In this document: piece after piece, positions 1-11,189 of the stretch
Layout of the letters: the number at the start of each line of letters is the position of its first letter
Position numbering within the stretch: the first letter of the stretch is position 1
Source of the DNA: Salpingoeca rosetta
Lineage: Eukaryota > Protista > Choanoflagellata
Direction of reading: 5' to 3'
DNA length: 55,229 nt
NCBI GenBank assembly: GCA_033442325.1
Contig: JAWQFM010000003.1
Location: forward strand, 1,834,497 to 1,889,725
The notes under the pieces: model-generated
The model's database searches: none
What the model was told of the DNA's origin: nothing
Seen by the model: only the letters and a program-made list of their open reading frames with translations
Program-made: the position numbers and the translations under genes

Positions 1-2
1 AA

Positions 3-36
<34 letters not shown>

Positions 37-135
37 TGTTCCCTCACAAGAACTGCAACCCCTTCCCCTTTCCCCCCTGTCCTCCTCTTCCCTCCACCCT
101 TTCCTCTCCCCCTTTCCCTTTCTCAACACCCGCAG

Positions 136-1740
136 GTGGAGCACGACGTTCAAGCAGTCGATTGCCAACATTGGCCATGTGCTGCTGGTGCTCATGCCGT
201 GGCGAGACCCTGTTCCCTTGACACGCGCGTGGTGTTTGTGGGAGATCTTCTGTGGCATCAGCAACGAGGGCACAGAGGTCACCATCCAACTGCCCAAGAG
301 CGAAGAACAGGCGCTCGAAGACGCTATTCGCGACAGCTATAAAGCCGTCACAGACACGCTGGTGCGCGTGCAGGCAGAGCGAGCCGACGCCTTCAACCCA
401 CATGACAAGCACATGATCTTCACAGCGATCGAGTCGTGGGCGGGCGGATTTGGCGCAGTCAACCAAGCCGTGAAGGACCAGCTGCGCGCGTGGTGCCTGC
501 AAAAGGCGGTGGGTGCCGTCGAAGCAATGCGAGCACGAGGCGAGGACAGCACAGGGGCGTTCGCTGGGCTGTGCAACCACGTTGGGTCGGTGCTGAACGA
601 CTTTGGCGAGCACGATCGCGCCATTGCCTACTACGAGACAGCCCTAGCAATTCGGCTACGCACCGAGGGGGAGAAAGGGGGGAACGTGGCGCCGACACCT
701 TCGGCAACCTCGGTATCGCCTACGCCAGCAAGGGCGAGTACGACAAGGCGATTGCGTACTACGAGAAGGCCCTCGCCGTCTTCGTGGAGACGCTGGGCGA
801 GAAGCACCCAAGCACAGCGAACACGTACAACAACCTCGGCCTCGCATACGACAGCAAGGGCGAGCATGCCAGAGGCATCCACTACTACGAGAAGGCCCTC
901 GCCATCAGGGTGGAGACGCTTGGGGAGAAGCACCCGAGCACAGCCACGTCGTACAACAACCTCGGCAGCGCCTACCACAGCAAGGGCGACTACGACAGAG
1001 CCATTGCGTTTTACGAGAAGGCCCTCGCCATCAGGGTGGAGATGCTGGGGGAGAAGCACCCGAGCACAGCCGATTCGTATCTGGGCCTCGGCAACGCCTA
1101 CTACAGCAAGGGCGAGTACGATAAGGCGATTGCGTTTTACGAGAAGGCGCTCGCTATCACGGTGGAGACGTTGGGGGAGAAGCACCCGAGCACAGCGAGC
1201 ACGTACAACAACCTCGGCAGCGCCTACTACAGCAAGGGCGAGTACGACAAGGCGATTGCGTTTTACGAGAAGGCGCTCGCTATCACGGTGGAGACGTTGG
1301 GGGAGAAGCACCCGAGCACAGCGAGCACGTACAACAACCTCGGCAGCGCCTACTACAGCAAGGGCGAGTACGACAAGGCGATTGCGTTTTACGAGAAGGC
1401 GCTCGCTATCACGGTGGAGACGTTGGGGGAGAAGCACCCAAGCACTGCCGATACCTACGGCAACCTCGGCATCGCCTACCATAGCAAGGGCGACTACGAC
1501 AGAGCCATCCACTTCCACGAGAAGGACCTCGCCATCACGGTGGAAGCGTTGGGCGAGAAGCACCCGAGCGTAGCCACGTCGTACTTCAACATCGGCCTGC
1601 TCTATGACAAGCGCGGTGACAAGGAGCAGGCCTGCGCCTACATTCAGCACGCGCTCGACGTTTTTGCGACCACGCTCGGGCCAGACCACCCACACACCCT
1701 CAAGGCGGAGCGCAACCTGCGGCGCATTCGCGGTGGTGCT
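136..1740 (+). CDS. TIR/HET-like domain + kinesin-light-chain-type TPR repeat protein (3' exon; 1-nt frameshift at ~690, so possibly a pseudogene)
   Basis: Acceptor cgcag| at 135, then WSTTFKQSIANIGHVLLVLMPWRDPVPLTRAWCLWEIF (frame of ORF 179). The frame of ORF 436 carries 42-aa repeats (LGEKHPSTAxxYNNLGxAYxSKGEYDKAIAFYEKALAI). The junction aac gtg gc|gcc gac acc lacks one base. The 3' end is uncertain. Confidence 0.85.
700..1690 (+). repeat. 126-bp coding tandem repeat (about 8 TPR units)
   Basis: gagaagcaccc recurs at 799, 925, 1051, 1177, 1303, 1429 and 1555. The central units are nearly identical. Confidence 0.95.
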
Positions 1741-2049
1741 GTGACTAGGCAGCACACATCCACGCAACACGTGTCAGAGTCTCGACTTCAGCAGCAACAG
1801 TGCTTGCTCATCGCAACCTTCTTCTTCGGTTCATCTCTTCTGCTGTTGTGTACCAGTCGTCTGCTCCACAACGCAACCTGCTCATGCGATTTCTCGGTGC
1901 AGTTGCACATGCTGACGTTGACGCAAGACGCCCAGCAAACACGGGCAGCGACGGTGAGGACAAGAAGACAGGGACTGGGCGAGATGCTCCTCGTGGCTGC
2001 TCTGTACCAGCAAGGGCGATGTACGAGGACGCTTGCGAGTGCCCTGGTG

Positions 2050-2339
2050 AGCCACTGGCCGGCTGGTTGCGGAAGCGTGGGCGACGGAGGGCCGCCTTTC
2101 GCCCGTGCTGGTGCAAGCTTGACGACGACCGCCTGACGTACAGCAAGGGTCCTTCCCTGGCAGAACGTGGGCGCATCCCCCTTTCCAGCGTGCTGTCAGC
2201 TGAGCTCGCCCATGGTGGCGAGGAGTTACACGTCGCTGTTCCCGGCCGCACCTTCGTCTTCCGCCTGCACGCGCGCTCTGACACCTCGCTCGCTGACTGG
2301 TGCACTGCCACCAACAGCCGGATCAACGCCACCACTTGA
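2050..2339 (+). CDS. PH domain, terminal exon
   Basis: LAGWLRKRGRRRAAFRPCWCKLDDDRLTYSK...RGRIPLSSV...PGRTFVFRL...LADWCTATN* fits the PH consensus. Confidence 0.8.
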
Positions 2340-2346
2340 CTGTGTG

Positions 2347-2399
<53 letters not shown>

Positions 2400-2519
2400 T
2401 GCTGGTTTGCCTCTTTGCTCCTTTGCTCCTGTCTTTCCTTCACGTGCTTGCTTTCCCCTTGCTTTTACTTGCTTGACGTTGCTTGTTTCACACTTCAGTA
2501 AACTCATCACGCAATCAAC

Positions 2520-3300
2520 CAGCTGACGAGCAACGAGCATACAACCTATCACGTCAACCAAACAAGCAAGCAGGTCCTCTTTCACTCCCACGTCCACGCC
2601 CACAACGCCCGCCTTGCGCATCAGGGTGCGGCTGGTGGAAAAGTAGTTCCATCAGCACGTGAATGTGTGGGGGCATCGGCAGCGGGTTCGGCCGCTCAGC
2701 GTGCACAACGCCCAGCAGCCTGTCGGGAGGGCTGGGTCGCCAGCCTGTCCTCGTTGTCCGTCCGCGACCGTGCGGAACAGCACGTCGTCGCTGCAGGCCC
2801 ACGCTAGTCAGGGATGCGCCCAACTCTCGTGCTGCACCTCCACCACCGTCTCCTCCTCGGGGTTCAGGTTGCCCGTCCCCAGCGACAGGACCCACCATGC
2901 CAAAGGGCTGCAGCGACATCAGGAACGTGAAAGGTCCGCGTTCCGGCAGCGCGTTTTCGCTATCTTGTCTCCACGTCGGTCTTGCTGCGCATCATGCCCG
3001 CGAACTCGGCGGCAATCCCCGACGGCAGCTGCAGCTTCATCTCGAACGGGGGCCTGCAGCGTCTTCTGGCTGACGACCACGTGCGTGCCCTTGCCCACCT
3101 CGCGCGCGCGCGTGTCCTCGGGCGAGACGTTAGAACACGCCACCCGTGTTTGGGGCACACCCGTCCGTCTGCGCAAACCACAATCGTGTTGACGTGTGTT
3201 GTCGTGCTGGAGCGTGCGCTTGGGGTTCCAGCGGCCCTCACACATGCCGGGGTCGGCGAGCGACCTGAACCCAAACGGCCGTCGGCAGCGGTGGTCGATG
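2520..3300 (-). pseudogene. Degenerate coding-like segment of unknown family
   Basis: GC-rich and free of microsatellites. Protein-like pieces lie in alternating frames (FEMKLQLPSGIAAEFAGMMR; RKAGVVGVDVGVKEDLLACLVDVIGC). Family not recognised. Confidence 0.3.
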
Positions 3301-3650
3301 GTGAGTCCGCTGTGCCCGTTCACGCATCCTGACAGGTGTGCTTGCTCTTGATGGCTGTTGGTGCTGGTGGTTGGGGAAGAAACGACGCCACGGTAGACAG
3401 GCAAATGACTGGGCGTGGATGTGGAGACGTGGTGGCAACGGAGCATGTCAGCTGAACGCACTTGTCGGCATAGATGAGCTGCAAGGCCTGCAACAGCGAG
3501 GAGAGATGGTTGCCTGTTGGACAAGCGAGGAGACGGGTGAGTGATGGATGAGGAGGAGCACGACAGGTCCACACGGGGAACTCAGGTGAACCGCAAACAA
3601 GGGCGCAAACAAGGGCGCAAACGCACGCACGCACGCACACACGAACACAC

Positions 3651-3925
3651 CGTCGATGGAGATGTCTGCGGCGTTGGCAAGAGCGAGCCAGGTGCGGGTG
3701 ACGGTGATGGCAGCGATGGTGCCGATGCATTTCAGCTCTTCATTGAATTGAGACAGCTGCCGTACACGGGGTGCAATGCAGAAGGAATGGTTGCGGTGGT
3801 GTTGGTAGTGGTGGTGGTGGTAGTGAAACGGGTGACAGACGCTCTTCATGGAAGGACATTATGTTATCCAACACACCTTCCCCACCGCACAAGTTCACAC
3901 ACACACACACACACACACACACATT

Positions 3926-3982
<57 letters not shown>

Positions 3983-5163
3983 ACACACACACACCATCTT
4001 CCTCTGAGGCCTGCGGCTGCGGTGCGCTGGCGGTCAAACGTGAGCGTGGTCAGGATACGGAAGAGCTGCCGAATGTGGATGAAGTGCGGGTTGCCCAGGC
4101 AGTCCAGGATGCCGTTCAGCATGAGCGCAAACGGGTGCAGCAGCTTCGGGTCATCTGGGGCCAGCGACAGTAGCAGCACAGGCATGGCTGCGTCCACCTC
4201 CTGTGCTTGCCCCCGTGCCAATGTGCGCCACTAGCGCCCCGACCACCTCCGGCCGTGGAGGCGAGGTGGCGGCTGCCGCCGGTTCAGGATGTTGGCCATG
4301 TGCACAATCACATCAAGAATGCGCGCGTGTGTCTGGCAAACATGGCTGCAGCCATGACGGCGGTGAGCCGGCCCGTGCTTGCAAGCTTGATGACGGTGGT
4401 CTCCGCGCCGCGGCGGTGGGCGTTCTGGTGCTTGGTGAAGCAGCAACAGCACAAGCAGATCGAGGGCGGTGATTGGCTGGGCCGTGGTCGTCTTGAGTTG
4501 GCCGCAGCCACGCCTTTGCAATGTGTGCATCAAAATGCCAGCCCGTTCTTGATGGCAGCCACCACAGGCAAACACATCGTGATCATCACCCCGTTGTTGG
4601 TGCTGGCCGTGTGCATGGTGGAGGAGTCAGCGATCATGTTCGCTGTCAGCGCATTCACATCCATTCCATCCGCTGAACATCAACGTGCATGTGTGTGAGT
4701 GTGTGCGAAGGCATGTGAGGGAGCGGCTGTGAGAGAACAAGCCACAGCGACACGTGCAGGCGGGCGCGTGTGAGATCGCAATCACACAGTCACACACTAT
4801 GGCATCATCTTCCACTCCTCGCCGCCCTCAACAGTACCGCCACCACCTTGCTGCATGAGAAACTTGATGACGATTGGGAGGCACGCTGTACTGTACGATC
4901 CAAGCTGGCTCAACACGTGGTCGCAGATCTCGCGCAGGCACGCCTGCGCCACACTGCACAGTAGGGTGTATGTGGGGGAGGGGGAGGGGGAAAGATGGTG
5001 AGGGATGGTGGTGGAATGGCTGCGTTGCAATCCAAGAACTTAGTGGCTGAGGAACACACCACAGATACACAGCATCATTGACAACACCACCACCAACATC
5101 ATCAACGTCGTGTTCGTACTTGAGGTCTGAGAATGCGTCTAGGATGGCCGGCACCAACGACGG

Positions 5164-5198
<35 letters not shown>

Positions 5199-5310
5199 GT
5201 GTGGTGGGAGGGGGCAATGACGGACGAGCGCATTGCGTCGTGACACCCACACCAAGCAAGGCTGGCATACCAAGGGTGCACATCAACGACAGGTGAACAA
5301 GCCATAGTGT
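3651..5310 (-). pseudogene. FANCD2: FANCD2-like internal fragment (multi-exon, frameshifted)
   Basis: Colinear pieces resemble FANCD2: LVPAILDAFSDL; LREICDHVLSQLGSYSTACLPIVIKFL; ITALDLLVLLLLH; EVVGALVAHIG; QEVDAAMPVLL; [28 protein letters not shown]; RQLSQFNEELKCIGTIAAIT. Frame changes occur inside exons. Confidence 0.8.
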
Positions 5311-5757
5311 CGCTCGCATGTTCCAGTCATTGTTGTTGGCTTGCGCTCACCTCACTGTGCTGATGAAGCAGGTGTTGTTGGCAATGGTTGTGATGTTGTC
5401 CTTCACATCATCACTCTTCTTACTCATATATGTGTGTGTGAGCTGTCTTCTTGCTTGTCTCTGCTGTTCTTTCTACAACCAGCTTTGTTTCTGTGGTAGT
5501 TGCTGTGGTTGCTTTCCTCGTCCGCCACTGCCCATCATCATCTGCATCGCTGCAGACAGCAACCAAAGAAATGCCAACACCACCACCACGCAGGTTTGTT
5601 TGTTCTTCCACATGACATGTGTGTGTGTGTGTGCTTTGATGAGTTGTTTCGTCAACAGACATGTTTCCCTCACCATCACCATCACGTGTTCGTGTTGTCG
5701 CAGACGAGGCACAAGCGCATAGCAACGGCAATGTGGTGCCTCTCACTCACTCACTCA

Positions 5758-5847
<90 letters not shown>

Positions 5848-6149
5848 GGCCATGCACTGCGGCATGGTGAGATGCAGACACCAAGCTACCAAGGGGGTGC
5901 CAGTTGAGAGCATCATCATCTTTCCCTGTTACACCAGCTGCCCTGAGGTGAGTGCGTGCTCGTGTATGTGCGTGTGTGCTTGCGTGTACGCGTGTGCGTA
6001 ACACCGCGTGTTTCCAAATCGTGTATCAAGCATGATGGTGCCATGGTGTATTGAAGGTGGCGATGCGCTGCGCATGCTGAACCTCAGACCTCGGCTTCAC
6101 TTCCCTCCCTTGTCCCTCACTGCCATCATCATCACCTTTACCATCACCG

Positions 6150-7695
6150 ATGTGCGTGTACAAGGAAGGCGTTGTTGCGCAGGGGCTCGTCAAGTTCAGC
6201 AGCCGCTACAGGCCCATCCACCAGCTCTTCAACTTCAACGTAGGTGCAGAGGAGTGTGTGTGTGTGTTATGTGTGTGTGTGTGTGCGTGCGTGCGTGCGT
6301 GTGTGTGTATGTGTATGTGTGTGTGTTCAGACAACACGTCGATTGATGAGATTTCAACTCGCCTGTATGCACACTCACCTACTATCTTGATCCATACACA
6401 CGAACTCCCCTCGACATACAATATCACACAACCTGTTGACAGCAAGTGTGTGCTGTACGAGAAGCTGCTGCTGGAGAGCGTGACGATGCGCACGGGCGCC
6501 AACGTCCACGTCATTGTGCCGCACACCACCAACTCATGCAGCGACGGCGGCGACGCAGAAGCAGGTATGTGTGCTGTGTGCACGTGCGTGTGTGTGCATT
6601 TGTGTAGCTTGCACTATCGATTCCACCCTGTCCGAAAACATTGTCGCATCACCACTCAACATCCCTTCTTTCATCTTCTTTTTCTGTTCTCAGGTGGCGG
6701 CATCCCCATGTGCACGCTGCACAACTTCCTGCACGCATGGAGTGGGTGCGGGCCAAGTTCACGGACCTGTTTGTGAGTCCGGTATCGCAGCTGCAGCAGT
6801 TCCTGGAGGACCCTGAGGGGTTCATCTCCTCTCGGGCCTGGAGACGAAGATTGAGCAGCGCGTGGGTGGCGAGCGGATCGGCGCCCTGGAACGCAGCGTG
6901 GACATGCTCAAGGCCATCAAAGACCTCGCCGCACAGGTGCTGGTGTTGTTGTTGTTGTTGAAGGTGGCAGCGTGTGGTAATTGTGTGGTAATTGTGTGAT
7001 GGATGTGATGGAGGTTTGTCCTGCTTATGAGGGTTGACACCACCACCGAACCACCACCACCACCACCACCACCACCACCACCACCGACACGTTCTTTCCT
7101 CAGCTGCAAGAGAAGCCGACGATGGAGACGTGAGTGTCGCTGGCGTGGCGTGACTTTCACGCGTTTGTCCGCCACGTCATCCTGCAACTCATCGCCACCT
7201 TCCCCGCAGGCGCAAAGACCAAGAGTGGAGAGCCCTTTTGGTCAGGTGAGGACTCGCGTGTGTGCATGCGTGTGTGTGTCTGTGTTTGTGTGTGTGTGTG
7301 CGTGTATGTGTGTGTGTGTTCGTTCTGGCAGCACCACCCACACCGCAACTGATCGCGTGTTTGCCTCGTTCCATTGTTCCTCACCTTTCGTGTGTTGTGC
7401 CCATATAGGCCACAAGATCTTCCCCGAGGCGCTCGAGTTTGATCCGCAGAATCCGCTGCACAAGGCGTTTCTGATTGCCGTCACCAACCTCTACGCATGC
7501 GTCTTCAAGGTGGGCTGGCTGTGGGGTGCCTTGTTTGCTTGGGGGTTAGATGGTGGTGGCGGTTGCTTGGGGTGAGGTGGTGGTGGCGGTTGTGTGCAGT
7601 CGTTTTATGCTAACATCACTGCCTCATCTGCGACGATGTTCAGGTGCACCCGACCAAGTACCCGAGCGAGGAGAACAAGCTCCACATCAAGCGGT
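6150..7695 (+). pseudogene. Ubiquitin-activating enzyme E1 (UBA1/UBA6 family) fragment
   Basis: VDSKCVLYEKLLLESVTMRTGANVHVIVPHTT; catalytic-Cys motif IPMCTLHNF; EWVRAKFTDLF; ILQLIATFPAGAKTKSGEPFWSG|HKIFPEALEFDPQNPLH. GT-AG introns are present. There is a deletion/frameshift just after the catalytic Cys, and both termini are missing. Confidence 0.85.
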
Positions 7696-7704
7696 GAGCC
7701 GTGA

Positions 7705-7736
<32 letters not shown>

Positions 7737-8069
7737 TGGCGCATCCTGAAGCTGCTGCTCTTCCACTGCAACAGTTGTTCCTTTCTCTTCTGTCAAAGCC
7801 TCTTGTGCTTTGACCTTTCTTTCGTGTTCCGTCCACGTTGCGTGCGCTGGCTCAGTTCTTTGGCTCACACCATCGACACACTTCAATACAGCCACTCATC
7901 CATCCAACAACACTTCCCTCTCAACACAAACCACGAATATACATCGCACATCCATTTCAGCACCAGTCTTCCCAGGACATCAAGAACATCAAGCAGCCAA
8001 GCAGACACGCACTCCTACCCTCGTCTCTCTCAAGCTGCTGGCAGCTGTCCTTCTGCTTCTTCTGAGCAG

Positions 8070-9541
8070 GGCGGCTACTCCTACGTCAACGCCAGTCCCG
8101 ATGGCCGCCTGCTGGTAGCTGAGTCGTTTGTGTGGGGCATGCACGGGCTGGCGTGCAAGCAGCGCATGCCCGTCACAGCAACCGACATGGTGTGGACCAA
8201 GGACGGCAAGCACCTCATCTGCCCCTCTTACTCCCCTACTCCCGCGTGTACATGTGCGGCCTCGGTGCACATGAGGCTGAACGCACAGTCATCTTCGGGG
8301 ATCTTTCCTGGCGCTGAACTTGCATGCGCCGCCGCTTCCGATGGGACCCTGTGGGTCACCGAGAGGTGGCAGAAGGTGCCCTACGAGTGCAAGCTGCACC
8401 GCGTGCCAGACCTCAAGTGCCTGGCGGTTGTGCCGTCCACCTTCGAGCACACGCGCTACATGGCAGTCACGCCCACCCTGTACATCGCGGGCAACAAGAC
8501 GGGCGTCATCTCTTTGTGGCAGCTTGGTGAGCCATCGACCTTGCTTGCAGAGTGGAGGGCTGATGTTGTCGGTAATGGCGAGGAGACGATACAAGACGTG
8601 GGCGGAGAAGAAGCGAGAGGGGAAGTAGAGGCGGAAACGGCAAGCAAGGAGCGCGTGCGCACTGCCGTGGATGCGTTGCGTGTCACCCCTGATGGCCGCT
8701 TCCTAGTGACTGCGTCCACCTCCACCGACTTGCGCGTGTGGGATCTCAGCACCCTCACATCCACACGATCAGCAACAACACAACATGAAGGGACAGCAGC
8801 AGTGGCACCAACAACAACAACAGCAACAACAACAACGACACGCCCGTTTGTATTTGTCGTGCGACGTTGGTACAACCCAAAGAGGTCACGGGCGTTCATG
8901 TCCTGCACATCACAGTGTTTGCGGACAGCAGCAACAAGCTTGCTAGCGCGTGCGGAAACACAGTGCACGTCTGTGCCATTGACCACCACCAGCAACAACA
9001 ACAACAACAGCAGCAGCAGGAGGAGCACCACCAGCAGCAACAACAGCAACAGCACGTAAACGGCAGCAGTGGTGGCGTGAGCAGTGCGCTGACGCGTGTG
9101 GCGGTGTTGGATGACTTGTTTGTGGACGAGGCAGAGCCGAACGCCAACATGACCGCCGCCACCATGGCCACCCACCCAACTGATGACAGCCTGCTGGCGA
9201 TTGACACTGCGCGAGATGACGTGTTTGTTGTGTGTGACGTCGCCGACCACAAGGTCCTCAGCAAGCTCAAAGTGAGCAGAAACGCTCCGGTCAAGTTCGG
9301 CGTCTTTGCCCGTCGCAGCAGCATCTTGTTCGTCAACTCTGTTGAGAGCGTGATCAAGTGCGACTACAGTACGGGGCAGCACACCACCATATTGCATCGC
9401 AATGACAGAGCAGATGATATGGTCGTGTGCTATCACCAGCACCCGCTCACTGTTTCAAGCAGCGTTTTGCAAGGCAGGGTTGCCCTGTGGGCGCTGGGAC
9501 CGACCCTGAACCGCGCCATGATCCTCCACACAGCCGTTTGA
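8070..9541 (+). pseudogene. WD40/beta-propeller protein, split by a frame change at ~8870
   Basis: SPDGRLL; YIAGNKTGVISLWQL; VDALRVTPDGRFLVTASTSTDLRVWDL. It continues in ORF 8867 (KLASACGNTVHVCAID...GRVALWAL). Confidence 0.65.
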
Positions 9542-11189
9542 CCTGTGCCACCTCCGCCCAACAACAGACCCCAGATGCCGCCCCTACGCCATTGTGCCCG
9601 TTGTTGTTCCACCAGCAACACCTCCCGCAGAAGCGCATTGCCGTGCTGCCATCATCTGCCAAGCATTTTGACATGGCAAAGAAGATGATGGAGGCTGCAG
9701 CGTTGTCTTCTTTTGTCCTGGACTGCCTAATCCATCTGGCATAATCGCGGTGGTGCTGGACGCATTCTGCTTCATCACACAGGCCATCCGCGAGACACGG
9801 TGCAAACGACAACAGCACCACCAGCTGACAAGGATGGCAACCAAGTGCAGCTGACACTGGAGGGACTTGCTTGAAGCACTGGTGCGAGGCGTTCAAGTAC
9901 AGCAACAACAGCAATAGCGCCATGGACTGACCTGCTTCGTGTGTCTTTTTTGCCCCTGCAGTGGTTGCCTCCCTTGACACATTGCGTGTGTGACAAGTTT
10001 GACAGGGGTGGTTTGTGGATGCCTGCGGCCTTGTCGTTGTTGTTGATGCAGGCCACCTTGCATTTGGTTGTTTGGCTGCATTGCAAGTGGCACCATGCGA
10101 TGCTGCTGGTATCTTGAGCAGTGTCGTGTTCTGGTTCTGCTTTCCTCTCTTGCTTGGATAGAAGGTGAAGTGGTGGGCCATGTGCGTGTTGGTGTTGCTT
10201 GTGTGCCTGTGTGAGGGCTGTTGTCGTCTCTTCATGTCTTTGGCACTGTCCCACTGTACTGTTGGGAAACGATTGAACATGCAAGGTGGAATCACCACAA
10301 CACAGCAGCAGCAACCAACCACACAACACTGACAAGGGAGAGTGGCAGAGCAGAGAACAGCAAGAGGGAAGGAAGGCAGGGAGGAAGGAAGGAAATTGAG
10401 TATGCACGGCGTGCATGTGAACATACAGCCAACGCAGTGGCAACAACAACGATGCATCATCAAACACCGCATGGCACACTGCAACGCTGCTCTGTCGATG
10501 GCCGGTCTGAGGGTGGAAGAACGAGGTACACGCGTGTACCAGCCACGACGCGGTGGCTCTTCAGATGGGAAGTGATTTGATTGGCAGCCGTCTCGTCATC
10601 GCCATCATCGGTGTGTGCTCAAATGCCAATTGCACAGCAAAGCACAAAGGGAGGGTGACTGCGTGCCGTGCAACCCCACATACATCCATCTTCTTCTTAA
10701 TTGCTGTTGTCGCTCATCGCAACAACTGCTGTTGTCAGCGGTGGCACCAACAACAGCCAGCACATGCGTGCTCACCAGAACCACAGTGGCCACCTCCTTG
10801 TTGTTGCTGGAACCAGTGAGGAATGCAAACACAATCACCACCTCATCAGCTGTCGCTGCTGTTGCCATGGCGTGCGCCACCACCACACCACCACCACTGC
10901 TGCTAGCGTCTCTCCCAACAACGCCGTGGTAGTCCAAGAGCCAACAGCATCCAATGCCTTGAGCAGTTTGCTGTCGTTGGTGGTGGTGGTGGCAGCAGTG
11001 TTTGCATGATGATGCGGGAGGTGAAGGTGGCATGTGCTGACAGCACTCGATCACAGCGTGTGCGATGATGGTGGCTGTTGTTGCTGTCCTGGTGGAGGAT
11101 GTGGCGTCCGCGTGCAATCGCAAGCGTGCGTGCGTGCGTGCCAGTGGCTGCAGCAGTTGCTGTGTGTAATGGGTGGGATCGCGTGTGCA

